Of a stretch of DNA of 64,000 nucleotides, positions 33,796-45,688 are shown piece by piece. Both the position numbers and the translations under genes were made by a program. Numbering within the stretch: the first letter of the stretch is position 1; each line of letters opens with the position of its first letter. The notes beneath the pieces are model-generated. The model did not search any database. It saw only the letters and a list, made by a program, of their open reading frames with translations, and had not been told where the DNA came from. Source of the DNA: Lepidodermella squamata (lineage: Eukaryota; Animalia; Gastrotricha); NCBI GenBank assembly GCA_047495785.1, contig JBLDXI010000012.1, forward strand, positions 248,001 through 312,000, written 5' to 3'.

Positions 33796-34190
33796 GATCG
33801 ATTGAAATCAAGCGAAATTTGATAAGCAAATAATAATTATGAGCTTCCGAACACCGAGCCACTCACTTCCGCTCTCATTTTAACATCCGGCCGGCATTAG
33901 TGCGCGCACCCTGGCGCATCCGGTGTTCAAATTATTTATGGCGCGTGCCTGGGTGACCAATCAAAGTGGCGCGTGTGGCGTAATGAGGCGCGCGCTTTTA
34001 CGACTCGCGCCTTGATTGGCTAGTAAAGCAGTAAACAGATGATGGGAATTTCATGAGATAATCAAAAGGCGGGAAATAAATCCTAGTGCGGGGTATATAA
34101 GGAAAAAATCAGGTGTCGGCAAAATTGTTCGTGCTCAGACTGCAAATTTCGCATTCTTTCCGCTTTTAAAACTCAATAACATCATCAACA
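33796..34190. promoter_or_regulatory. Bidirectional H2B/H2A promoter
   Basis: Head-to-head spacer with CCAAT/ATTGG boxes, TATATAA near 34094 and motifs shared with the H3/H4 spacer. Confidence 0.7.
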
Positions 34191-34634
34191 ATGTCCGCTC
34201 CAGCTGCTGGTCGTGGTAAGGGAGGCAAGGCCAACCGCCAGAAGGCGAAGACCAAGTCGTCGCGTGCCGGTCTCCAGTTTCCGGTCGGTCGTATCACCCG
34301 TCTATTGAAGCGCGGTAACTACGCCGAGCGTGTCGGTGCAGGTGCGCCCGTGTACCTCGCCGCCGTCATGGAGTACCTGGCCGCTGAAGTGCTCGAGTTG
34401 GCCGGCAACGCCGCTCGTGACAACAAGAAGACGCGCATCGTGCCTCGCCACATCCAACTGGCCATCCGCAACGACGAGGAGTTGAACAAGCTGCTGTCGC
34501 ACGTGACGATTGCCCAAGGCGGTGTTCTGCCCAACATCCAGACCGTCTTGCTGCCGAAGAAGACCGCCGAGGCACCCGCTGCCAAGCCGGCTTCGGGTGG
34601 CAAGAAGAAGGCCGCCGCCAGCCAGTCTCAATAA
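34191..34634 (+). CDS. H2A: Histone H2A with extended tail ending SQSQ (H2AX-like)
   Basis: [29 protein letters not shown] core, 147 aa, intronless. Confidence 0.98.
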   Translation: MSAPAAGRGKGGKANRQKAKTKSSRAGLQFPVGRITRLLKRGNYAERVGAGAPVYLAAVMEYLAAEVLELAGNAARDNKKTRIVPRHIQLAIRNDEELNKLLSHVTIAQGGVLPNIQTVLLPKKTAEAPAAKPASGGKKKAAASQSQ

Positions 34635-34678
34635 GCGACTCACTTCCATCTCATCGCAGCTTTTAGAAAGCATGAACC

Positions 34679-34694
34679 GGCCCTTTTCAGGGCC
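34679..34694 (+). promoter_or_regulatory. Histone 3' UTR stem-loop (H2A)
   Basis: GGCCCTTTTCAGGGCC, AATAAA at 34719-34724. Confidence 0.95.
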
Positions 34695-35218
34695 ACAAGT
34701 TGTTGCAACAGTGTATGTAATAAAGGTCATTCGGTTTCGCAATTTCAAAATACATAAACTTGATTTCAAAATAAATTTTTGGATTTGATGCCCCAGATAT
34801 ACAGGTAATTGAGGTCACGATGCCGTAGTCGGGTAGCAGTATTCGAGTTGCCGTAATTGATATGGACTTGAAAATTGAAATAAAAATCGAAATGACTTCG
34901 AAAGAACAGGAGTGATTTCGCCTCGAAACCTCAAACCACTAGCGTCACCGCAGATTTTCTTCCTATTGACCTAATTGTCCTTAATTTAATACATCATAGC
35001 AAAATCAATATTGGAATCGAACTTAAATGTTGAAAAAGCCTCGCGTCTCGTGATAAAGCGGAACTTAATCGAGCAAAACCATAGAAAAGTTACATTTTGA
35101 AAATTAAATTTTGCATCGACAAACAAAAATTGTGTTAAGCGATTAAATTTTATTGCATTGCATCTTTCACAAAAAAATTGAGCATATAACGGTGTAGCAA
35201 AAAAAATCATTAATTGCT

Positions 35219-35512
35219 TCAAGGATTGAACAATTTTGACAGCGTTTGTGATCCATCGCCTTCAGCCGGCTGTAGAACTTGGCCGATGCCGAGGTACAGG
35301 CAAATTTTGAGGCCGTCTTTACAAGCGGCATAATGTCCCTTCCAACACGTCAGCGTGCAGTCGAAAGTGCAGCGTTCCCAAATTTCACACGGCTTCGTGC
35401 AGCCCTGGAAGCATTTCGAGGTGACAATGAAGGCAAAATACGTCAAAATTGCGGTGGTGAGCGCGAGAAAAATCAGAAAACAACAGCATCCGCAACCTGT
35501 TGACGACTTCAT
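35219..35512 (-). CDS. Small Cys-rich membrane-anchored protein (97 aa)
   Basis: N-terminal CGCCC, hydrophobic anchor, then eight Cys with repeated CxxxC spacing; 3' end could be spliced differently. Confidence 0.6.
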   Translation of the reverse strand: MKSSTGCGCCCFLIFLALTTAILTYFAFIVTSKCFQGCTKPCEIWERCTFDCTLTCWKGHYAACKDGLKICLYLGIGQVLQPAEGDGSQTLSKLFNP

Positions 35513-36176
35513 TTATCAAAATTTTCTAAAAGCAAAAATCTTCTAAATTCAACTTGTTATCAGAAAGGTGATAGGAACGTCTATCTAGGAGCCAATTATG
35601 AGTTGTATTGCAAAATTGCGTCTGAAATTCAATAACAATAGATTTTAAAGGATAGTATGGCGATTATTGGGCCGGCCTAAGTATTAGAGCAGATGTTATT
35701 CACAACTCCATGGAGGCTGATTTCTCGCGCTGTTCTGCCGGGTTGAATGGCGCTAGGGCGAGACGCGCCGCTGTTTACGAAAGTGATTAGCGCACACCCG
35801 TCGAGTATGAAGTAGCAAAAATGGTAATCGCCCATATGGCGCCCTACAGAGAGCCTTCGCAGCAGTATCAGAGGTCACGCCTCGCATATATCGGCTATAC
35901 GAAGCCAATCAGACAGCCGATGAACTAATTGCCAGTAACCGGACGCGTGAGTTCTCAGAATTAAGACTGACTAGCATTCGATCAACATTTACAACAACAA
36001 CAACAACAACACTAATAACATCCCTGGAGAGTGACTTCTATAATCAGGTCAAAATAAGAACTCTATGCAGCGTCAACATGGAATAAAAATTGCAATAATT
36101 TTATTAAAGTCTTCTCGCGACACAGAAAATTCATGAAAATTGAAAAATATTCTGAGACTATAATGGCTAGCATTAT

Positions 36177-36548
36177 CTAGCTGCTGTCGTAGTAACTAGC
36201 AGTGCTCAGATCACCATCGTCATTTGCGTAGAAATCTTCATTGCCATTGTCGTTGTTGTTCGTGCCGGACAAGTACAAGTCATCGTAAGGCGATTGCTGT
36301 TGCATATTTGTGTTCAGAATTGCATTCAAATTTTTATTCCGTGACTGGCGATTCGCCGCTATCAGCAGCCGTTGGTAGTTGGAGTTCGGATTGTGGCGTG
36401 ACTGATGGTTGGGGTAGCGAAATTTCGTTATCACGAAACGCTTCTCGATTGGGATCGGACTTGCGACGGCGAGAACCAACATCTCGGCAACTACTGCCAA
36501 GCCCACGGCGACGTAAATCGGGTTCAATCTGATTTTACTTAATTTCAT
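36177..36548 (-). CDS. Small secreted prepropeptide-like protein (123 aa)
   Basis: Signal peptide ending ..LAVA, KR site, N/Q-rich, acidic Tyr-containing tail; YQRLL shared with the neighbour. Confidence 0.78.
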   Translation of the reverse strand: MKLSKIRLNPIYVAVGLAVVAEMLVLAVASPIPIEKRFVITKFRYPNHQSRHNPNSNYQRLLIAANRQSRNKNLNAILNTNMQQQSPYDDLYLSGTNNNDNGNEDFYANDDGDLSTASYYDSS

Positions 36549-36913
36549 CGATTAATCTATTAAACGAAAAACATTAAAGAAGAGACAAAATAATTTTCCT
36601 ATTATTTATCAAATTTTGGGAATAAAAACAGAAAACGGCAATTAGCGATCGGAATTACAGGAAGCCAAAAAGCTTGCGTAAGTCCTTCGATATTTTTTCC
36701 TGTTTTTGTTTTATAACACGTAACTATCGGCAATTCGGGCTGTAGTTTCCTTAATCACGGAGTTTTTATTAAAAAAATGCGTAGCTGTCTATTTTGCCTA
36801 AAAAGCGAGAATACGGGACGGAAAATCCTAAAATAATCCCTAGTGGACACTCGAAAAAAATACATTTCAAAAATTTTACACATGAGTAACATTCGTTACT
36901 ATACTATAATCAT

Positions 36914-37297
36914 TTATTCATCATACGGATCATCGGCATCACTACTGGATAATTCATCAGCATCTGTATCATCAATATGATTGTCGTAATTCGCTTCATC
37001 GTAGTAGAAATAGCTTTGACCGGCCGGATAGATCATCCCCGCTTGACGCTGTTGATTTAGATGCAGCGACGATGATGACGAGCCGCCGCCGGCAAATGCA
37101 TAGGCGTTTTGTTGCCGCAACCTGGCTCGACCGAGCTGATTCGATTTATCGAGCATGCGCTGGTAATGCCCGCCCGATGACGATGAAGCGAGACCGCCTC
37201 CGGCCGGCCGCCACCTTGACAAAAACGCGCTGGTCGCACAGGAAAATATTGACATCAAAACCATTAAACCGATATAGATTCCGGCTAATTTATTCAT
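36914..37297 (-). CDS. Small secreted protein (127 aa), probable paralog of 36177-36548
   Basis: Signal peptide ending ..ATSA, YQRML, G/S-rich, acidic Tyr-containing tail. Confidence 0.78.
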   Translation of the reverse strand: MNKLAGIYIGLMVLMSIFSCATSAFLSRWRPAGGGLASSSSGGHYQRMLDKSNQLGRARLRQQNAYAFAGGGSSSSSLHLNQQRQAGMIYPAGQSYFYYDEANYDNHIDDTDADELSSSDADDPYDE

Positions 37298-37971
37298 TCC
37301 AGATAAATTAAGAAAAATACTAAAATTTTAAAATTTATAAATTTAAATTTATAAAAAGCTCTGGACGGAATTCTCTCCCCGAATCCTGCTTTCTAATTTC
37401 GCACAAAGTTCAAAACAAAAAATCGATGGCAAGAAATAATGCTTTCTCGGACTGAATATTTTGTATTTTATCCATTGTTGTCACACAAGATTGGCAAATA
37501 ATAACCATTGTCATGTCGATATTCATCTTATTACTTATTACATTGATGCGAGTTTGCCACGCATCGGTGGGCACGCGTTGCTCCGGTCCGATACATCATT
37601 GCTGTCCTTTTCATTTTATTCATTTCTGCAAATTGATCCGCCTCCGCAACCTTTTGCCCAGTAAATTAACTCTGGCAAGAGATAAACGTCCATGTTTTTT
37701 TCGTGACCAATAACTATCCCTACATCGAAAAAATATTTATCATGTCACATACACGATGATAATTTTGAGCGGTTGTTCGGAATTTGTATAGCTAATTTTG
37801 CTTGAATGACGCAAAAATTCAGGAAGAAAAAAGCGTCAAATTTCATTCAAAGTACTTTCGATCCTCAACGCAAGAGCGGAAGGTCATGTGTTGTAGTGCA
37901 GCTTATAACAAAATTCGAATTCCGTCGAGTAAATATAGTTTTCAAGCAGCTGAAATAAGTCACTTTTCCCA

Positions 37972-38433
37972 ATGAAACCAACTTTTTTAGCTGTCATCAT
38001 ACTATTTTACCTGGGAGTTTTTATTGCTCCGATTTTCGCATCCAGCCTTCTGGACTTGAATGAAGAAATCAACCCGATCAAGCAGTCAAAAGACAGCGGA
38101 AAGGCTTCTTCATCAGATTTATCGCAGCTGGCTACAACCCAAGAAACGCCCAAGACAGCGCCAGATATAGATCCGGCTTTGCTGGACAAGATTGGGCTGG
38201 AAATATACCGGCAGCTTCCTAACCTGTTCCTGGTCAGGAAAATCCAGAACAGGAAAATATTCCGCCGAATAGCGCGTTTATTTGCTTTGGAACACAGCGG
38301 CAATTTACCTTTGTTGAAGGTATCAAGGCAGAGCGGGTATTATGTTCCATGGCCGAGCGATTTATCTGCCGTGAAAGCGACGCAAAAACCGAAAATGATT
38401 TTCCTGTCACACAATGCTAAGAAGCGAAAATAA
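37972..38433 (+). CDS. Small secreted protein (153 aa)
   Basis: Signal peptide ending ..PIFA, basic C-terminal half, AATAAA downstream. Confidence 0.76.
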   Translation: MKPTFLAVIILFYLGVFIAPIFASSLLDLNEEINPIKQSKDSGKASSSDLSQLATTQETPKTAPDIDPALLDKIGLEIYRQLPNLFLVRKIQNRKIFRRIARLFALEHSGNLPLLKVSRQSGYYVPWPSDLSAVKATQKPKMIFLSHNAKKRK

Positions 38434-38744
38434 AACCAAGTGCTGTATTCCGAGTTGCAATGATGTGGTGTTTTCCAACCTCATAAGTAACCGCAAAATA
38501 AAAACAAGTTTTTTTGGCCTATTATTATTTTGCTACACAAGATGTTAGCACCAGATCTCGAGTGTTTTTCGGATCATGGATCATCATCCTTTGCCTCAAG
38601 AGATAGCCGTAACAAGAGGCTGATACCTAAGAGGGCTCAAACAAGTCGGAGTCAAGTGACATCGCGGCGCCTCGCACATCGTCAAGAAGTAGCGCATTCA
38701 ACCATTTTTCGTGTTTCAGATCATTACTAAAAAATAAGCTCACC

Positions 38745-39674
38745 ATGTCAAACCGGTCGATTTTAAATCTAATAGTTTCAGCTGTATTGATCGGATGCGT
38801 GATCGGTGGCGAGACGCTACGTGAGCGATTCGATCAAGAAACCTTTCAAAAAATGGTCGAGTATTACAACCAAGATCCTAATGTCAACATGGAGCGCGTG
38901 CTTTTCAATAGCATGCGGCCGGACGTTAGCCTAGACTTTGTCATCGACATCAACTACAGCCCAGCGAGTGATGAAATCAACAGGCGACTTGCGAACAACC
39001 CAGTCAACGAAATTTTCTTCGATGAATTAGTCGGATCCGTCCACCCAGCTGAGGCGTACTACGACTCTATCGCCATGTTTATCGATTGGGTTGGTATGGA
39101 AGTTCGGCCGACCCAGACATTCACGGCTATCATCGACAACGGCCAAAAGTACTACATTCGCGGCCGTCCGATCAATCAAACGGCCCCGTTAATGGACATG
39201 GTAAATCTGGCTGATCCGATGAGCCGATCTCGCGCCCTTTGGCCACACATGACTGGCGTTGATGCCGCACCTTGGCATTTCACAGGCTTCTTCCAAAACA
39301 ACCTAGGATCGCTGACGAAACTTGCACTGATGGCTCGCGATAACGGACTTCCGATCGGTGAGTAATTAGTGAAATTGAGCTTCAAAAATCATTAATTTTT
39401 TCCTAAAACAGTTCTGAAGGACCGTAAGGAGCTGAACACTGCTTTCACTATCGTCATCACCGATGGCTCGGCGAAAACGCCTGCCTACCTCTATTCGAAC
39501 GACCCGAGCAAGACCATGGTTATCGACATTGGCGGCCGTCGCTATGCGCAAAGACTGGCGCTTTCGGACATTATTCAATACGCAAACGTGCTGACTGCTG
39601 ATGCTCCTCAAGTTCTACCTCTCTTCGCTAATACAGCTCGCTATGTTGCCTGCTCTGCCTTATCGTCCAACTAA
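38745..39674 (+). CDS. Secreted divergent von Willebrand factor A (VWA)-like protein, 2 exons
   Basis: Signal peptide; LDFVID first strand; phase-1 intron 39358-39411 continues in frame to TIVITDG and MVIDIG, stop 39672-39674. Confidence 0.72.
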
Positions 39675-39942
39675 GAACTTATTATTAGTTAGGCCATCGA
39701 ATTTTTTCCTATACTGCTATCGTTTCCTGCAATATTTGTTTCCAGTAAGGATAGACTAAGGATTAATTCCTATCATCACTGTTTCTACTTTGTGAACCCT
39801 TTAAGAATAATTCAGGTGAATTTTATTGTTTTAAATAAATCGAACTAGGAATCATCAGCTGATGCGCCTTAAGCCTAAAAATAATGTGATGTCGAGTTTT
39901 TTAAATCACCGGCTATATTTTAGCCAAATGATGAGATCGCTC

Positions 39943-40296
39943 TCACATGACCATTTTCGACGGGCGAATCAGAACATATTGACGATCGCCTCTGTCCGAC
40001 GACATCATCTGCCTTTCGCGTTGAAACATGTTGCGCGAAAGCGGCATCGCTGCTGGCTGGAAAGGCGCTTCGATTATAGTTATCTCATTCGGGGTTACTT
40101 CACTTTGCTGCAGAGCCTGTTCGATCACAGCCGATCCTCTGCCTCGCTGCCCAGCTGCTGCTGTCGGTGGCTGTTGAATTACAGGTATCTCCACGTAAGC
40201 ATAGGATTCGTTGAGTTGAGCGTTAGCACTACCGGTCAGAAAAACAGCAACGCAGAACATTGCCACGTTGAAAGCTAACTGCATTTTTAAACGCAT
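39943..40296 (-). CDS. Small secreted Q/P-rich protein (117 aa)
   Basis: Signal peptide ending ..SANA; TATA-like TATAAATA on the minus strand near 40348. Confidence 0.75.
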   Translation of the reverse strand: MRLKMQLAFNVAMFCVAVFLTGSANAQLNESYAYVEIPVIQQPPTAAAGQRGRGSAVIEQALQQSEVTPNEITIIEAPFQPAAMPLSRNMFQRERQMMSSDRGDRQYVLIRPSKMVM

Positions 40297-41074
40297 AGTG
40301 GAAAATCAGAATTGACTGAGAATATCTGAAACTCAGCCTTTATTTATACCTGAGCGGGGCCTATTCAAGGGTGGCAGTCCTGTTAATTGACGAGAAATCA
40401 AAGTGACAGCAAAATAACGCCCTCGAGGTCCAAGACAGTTAATTATTATCTGATCTGTAAACTTCATGGACATGCGTGACCGTCATTGGCCCGAACTATT
40501 CAATAATCACTAGCGCAGATAAATAATTAGCGGCTGGAATGAAGTGACAGGAACTTTTTGTTCATTTTATTCGTCATGCTGAATCATGTGACTTGGATTA
40601 ATTGGGAATGACACAGGAAAACGTCGCTTTTGAAAATATTTTAGGTTCGGGAAGTTACTAATATTGTCCGAGAATTATACATTCTTCACTTTCAATATAA
40701 GGCATGTGGATTGTCCGCTTGCATCGGGCTAAATTACCTTGATAGTTAATTTATCCAGTCCGCGGAATTTAAAATATTTCACATGCCTTCAGGGAAACTA
40801 TACAAAAATTCAACTAAAATCTGATATGACGAGCAGCTTTAAGGGAAGCACGAAGGATGTTCCTTTAATCCTCGGCTTATCTCGAGTTTTACTGCATTTT
40901 TTAACCTTGAGATATACACGTAATTTCTTACTGATCAATTTTGACAATCAAGCATAAATTGGATCTTAGCTTTGAGCTGCGTAATCCCAAAGGTTACAGT
41001 GTAAAAATAGCGACAATGTAGTCACTATTTAAGCACTCAGTCTGTCTCTAACTTGCTATTCCATTAGGACGAAA

Positions 41075-41964
41075 ATGAAGCTCTGCTACATAACTCTGAT
41101 GCTTATGCTTGCTCGTTGTTCGGCCGCTGGGGAGTCGAACGCGGCAATTCCTTGCGCTGTTATGTTACCCCACGAGTCAGCGTTAGAGTTTGTGATCGAC
41201 CTTCACTTTTCCCCGAAAACAGACGCCTATGATAGAGCAACCATCAACCACGTAAATTGTTGCGGTTCGTCAGGTTCGCAATCAGACGTATCAGAAATTT
41301 TCTACGACTCGATAGCTGAATTCATCGATTACGTTACTCTGGACATTAGTCCGAACCTCACCTACGTCTCGATTGTCGACAATGGCGAGAAATATTACCT
41401 GAGAGGCAGGAGTACAAACGTTAGAGCCGTGCCAACTCCAAGAATGAACAAGACGAATAACAATGAGGTCTCGGTGCCAAGAACGCTTGCCCCGCAAACT
41501 TCAGGCACGGGTGGGGTTATCAATCCGAATAATTCCCTCGGAACTGCGACTAAAATAGCTCTTATGGCTCGCGAGAACGGGCTGCCAATAGGTTTGTCTA
41601 CTGATTCAATTTATTGGCGACTCTGATTTTTTGAAGATTTTACAGCCCTTGGAAACGCGAAACCGCAATCAATCGCTTACACTGTTATCATCACAGATTG
41701 TAAATTTCAAATTTTAGTAAAAAATTCATGTTTGATAAATTGCTATTTGAAGCTTGGTCGATGCTTTCGCCGTCCGCCTTGACTGCGGATTCAAGCCGAA
41801 CAACGCTGTACGCTATCGGACCACGCCACAAAAGCGTGTCGAACGGGCCAAGCTACGGCGATCTCATGCAATTCGCGAACTTTGTTCAACTCGATTGCCC
41901 TCAATCGCTGCGAGCAATCGCCTCCGCAACTAGGCTTGTTGCCTGCTTAGTCGCATCCCTTTAA
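41075..41964 (+). CDS. Secreted divergent VWA-like protein, paralog of 38745-39674, 3 exons
   Basis: Shares FVID, YDSIAxFID, DNGxKYYxRGR, LMARxNGLPI; introns 41592-41645 (same position as in the paralog) and 41700-41752; TVIITD motif. Confidence 0.72.
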
Positions 41965-42106
41965 TGAAGACGGGATAAGCCAATAAACTTGAATAGAATA
42001 ACAGTTACTTTCATTCACCTGATTGATTTAAGCCTAATCTAGCAGTTTTATTTTTAGCAGCGTGATCACGTGGTTTCAAATAAATAATTCATTTTACGAG
42101 TCAAAC

Positions 42107-43980
42107 TCAATTTTCGTAGCCTTGAACGAGCTCCGACCAGATTGCAGCCAAGGCCACAGCGCCCGGATCAGGGTGTTTACCGACGGTTTCGACCTCTCGG
42201 GCGGCAGCAGCTCTGCCGACCATGGCCTTCATATTCGCGGTCGACTCGGCAGCTTTCTCGCCAGCCAAAACGCTGTCTAATAACACGCTTTTCACGTCGC
42301 TTACTTTATCGTGTTTCGCCTTATCAATGCATGCGACTATAGCATCAAGAGGGTCCACAATCGAGCGGTCACCCGGCTGTGCTCCGCCGAGAAACTGCAC
42401 AGCCCAAAGAGCTGAATCGACCACGTCGCACCACTGGGCTAGATGGTCGTTTTTCTGGTCTTTATTCTCACCATCAACATACGCTTTTATCGCATCACCG
42501 GCGGCCTGGAGCCCAAACGCGTACAAACCACCCGAAGTACCACCCATTTCAATCTCAGCAATTGAAGATAAGTAGTACAAATATTGCGTAATCAAGTCGA
42601 GAGATGTTTCCAGCGTTGGGTCCGGCTTATCATCGCTAATATCGTTTAGGATACGATCGCAGAGTTGGGCGAGGGTTGAACCAGTGTCCCCATCTCCGAA
42701 ACCGCCGCCATCCAAGAAATTCAAGCGATCAGTCATGCCAATCAGCCGTTTGCAAATACGCCGCATAGTTTCAGCGATTTTTTCGTTAATCCGCGGCATT
42801 TTGATGCCGTCATGAGCGTGGCTTGAATGCTCAATGCCACTCAATTTCGAGGCAAGTTCGTCCACAGGTGGCAACGAGCAACTCGGAACCCAGACAGGCG
42901 CTTCGGTGTGGGCATCTAAATAGCTCAATTCCTTGTCAGATTTAGCAACAAACACCGATAACGAGAATCCTTTCGCATCCAGTGATGTCATGTAAGTGCC
43001 GACATACATACGAATGGGTCGAATCGAATGGTGGGAGTTCAAAAATCGAAGAGTTCCACGAACTACGACACCCATTTCCACCAGGCTCATACCGCCAAGG
43101 TTATTCACCAGGACAACCAGTCGGTCAAAATGGGCTTTCTCGTGGGCGACACTATCCAGCAGTTTGACCAGCATCTGGGCGACTAAATCATCGCTAGAAG
43201 CCACCTTAACTTTCTCAACACCTGCTTCGCCGTGAACTCCTAGGCCAAGCTCGGCATAGCCGCCTTCAATTTCCAGAATATGGCCAGATTTTCCTGGAAG
43301 CATACACGCCTGCATACAAACGCCGATAGTTTGAACTCGATTTTGAATCGAATCAAGCTCGTCCTTGATTTCCGTAATTTTTGCGCCTTCATTAGCCATC
43401 GCTCCGGCGATTTTGTAATGGAACAAATTTCCAGCCAAGCCCCGAGCTCCAATGCGAAGGTGCTTTGTCGTGCAGTCGTCCGCAATGATATGCAACGTGG
43501 TATTGGGGGAGCGACGCTGAGCTAGACCGAAATGCAGACGATCTCCAGTGTAATTATTCACAATCAGCAAGACGTTTTCTAAACAAATCAAGTAGTTGAA
43601 GAAATCCATGGCAGCAAATGAACAGAACATACCGTATCCGCGCTCGATACAAGCGTTGATTGCTGATTCAATTGCTTTTGTTGGGGGTGAGCTGAATAAA
43701 TCGCCCGCGACTGAAGCAGTAAGCATTCCACTCCCGACAAAACCTATTTTAAAGAATTAGAAAACCAACAGATAATCATAACAGAACATTTACCAGCTGC
43801 AAACGGCTCGTGACCAGCTCCTCCACCACTCACAATGGCAACTTTGTTGGTGTTCGTTTTGCACATATTCCTCTGCACCACAACACGAGGATTCGGGGAG
43901 AAAACGAGTTCATGGTGCGTCAAACAGTAGGCATCTTGAGCTTCGGCTGTTGCTAGCCGCGGATCGTTACACAAAAACAT
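42107..43980 (-). CDS. TKFC: Triokinase/FMN cyclase (dihydroxyacetone kinase, Dak1+Dak2 domains)
   Basis: GGGAGHEP, NYTGDRLHFG, ELGLGVHGEAG, GDGDTG, MGGTSGGLY, GDRSIVD, HPDPGA motifs; introns 43744-43793 and a probable in-frame intron 43579-43632. Confidence 0.93.
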
Positions 43981-45688
43981 GATTTAATAGCCTGAAATAG
44001 CAAGTATAATATGTCCAAGTTTTAGTTACAAAATTCGCAAGACGTAATAGGCCTTCTTGAAAAAGCTTATCAATGAGAACACTGATAAAATCAAGTCAAG
44101 CGGTCGGGAGGACAGGCATGTTATCTAAGGACCTCAGGCTCCCAGATAGCTGCAAATATAATCAATGAATTATTTTAGATCGTTGAACTCGAAATTAGCC
44201 GTATCTTTTGGCCAGCAGCAAAATAGGTTTCTTTGACGCTAGTTGATGGTTCTTAAATTAAAATTGACTAGAAATATCAACATCTGTTCGCAGCTGATCT
44301 CGTGATTATTACTCTATGCGCGTCAGCGAACGTGGAATTGAACCTGATAGTTTCAATGTTGAGAGTGATCCTCAGCCTGCGTTATATACTTGTGAATTAT
44401 GACAAATTGTCGCTTTCTCATAGTGAGCAGCAAGACTTCTTCCAAGAGGAGGCTTAGCAATAATAACTATAAGTTTGCCGACACCATACCCCACAATCTG
44501 GTCGCGTAAACCCCGGCTCCCGGCCTGTAAGTAACGAGTAATCACATTATGCGCGCCAACGGCTCTCAACCTGACTCTTCATGTCCAGCACATTCCCGAT
44601 ACAGCTGGACAGCAATAACGCGACTGTATGAGAGGGCACACATCAGCGTGATGTAATAACCCAGTTCTTTCTTGGTGAATTAGAGACAACATCTTTAGAT
44701 AATTTCTAAGCTAAATGTGACGGACGGAGTCTATTGGGCAGATTTAAGATTTAATCTTTAGGTGGATAACGAGAAAAGTGGGAAAAGTGCTGCATTGTTT
44801 GTGTTACTTTCAAGGGGTAGACGCTGTGAAGCCTACTGACAGTTTCACATTTGGGCTTAATGATCTATACAATCAGCAATGAATGCCTCAGGTATTTTTC
44901 CCCAGTGAATTTTTTGAGAGAGCCCGCGAAAAGTGAACATAGGACGCTCCCTCCCCTTTTGACGCTGCGACGATTTGCATTTTTGCGGTTGCAAAACAAC
45001 GCGCAAAAACGCGCGAAAATTTTAAATTTTAAATTTTATGTTTTCTGAAAGTTGCATTTTAATTATATATGAAACAATTATTCATGTTTAATTAAAATAT
45101 AGTTGAAAAATTAGGCGCTAACGGTTGTCGATCGAATCGAGCCAAAAATAAAAGTTGACCGCAGCTTTTTTTGAGCTTCTCAACCTTCTTGCTTCGTGCT
45201 TCCGCGTTTACCGTTTGCCTTGTAGAACCTCTCCGGGAATGCGTTGAATGCGCAAATTCAAGGCTTTAGGTTCTTTTACGGTAAACAATAAAAGATTTGA
45301 TTTGATTTATTTAGGGTATATTGGCTTTTCCTGTCGCCTGAAACTTACCATCGCCTTAATTACTTTCGCATTACTTACTTACATTACTTACGCATATTGC
45401 CACGTTCTATACTCAATCGATAACTCAAACATTTCATTCGCTCTGAGATCTGAGATTCGAAAAGAGAAAGTCGTGGGACTACCCCTTTTCTGGATTCTCA
45501 ATTCATCTCATTTTTAAATAACAGCTTAATGTAAGTTGGCTGGGAAACTTACAGATTCTACAGGATTCTGCAGGATTGGCAATATTTGGAACGATCATCA
45601 CTGAATTAATGCTATTTTTATTTTTCATGGTTTCGTTCTGTAATTTTAGTTTGTTGTTACTGAGAAATGTTGCTATAGTTTGCCACGA

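Noticed and set aside
35991-36010. (CAA)n microsatellite and similar AT-rich simple repeats at 60000-62150
   Set aside because: Short ordinary simple repeats with no further structure
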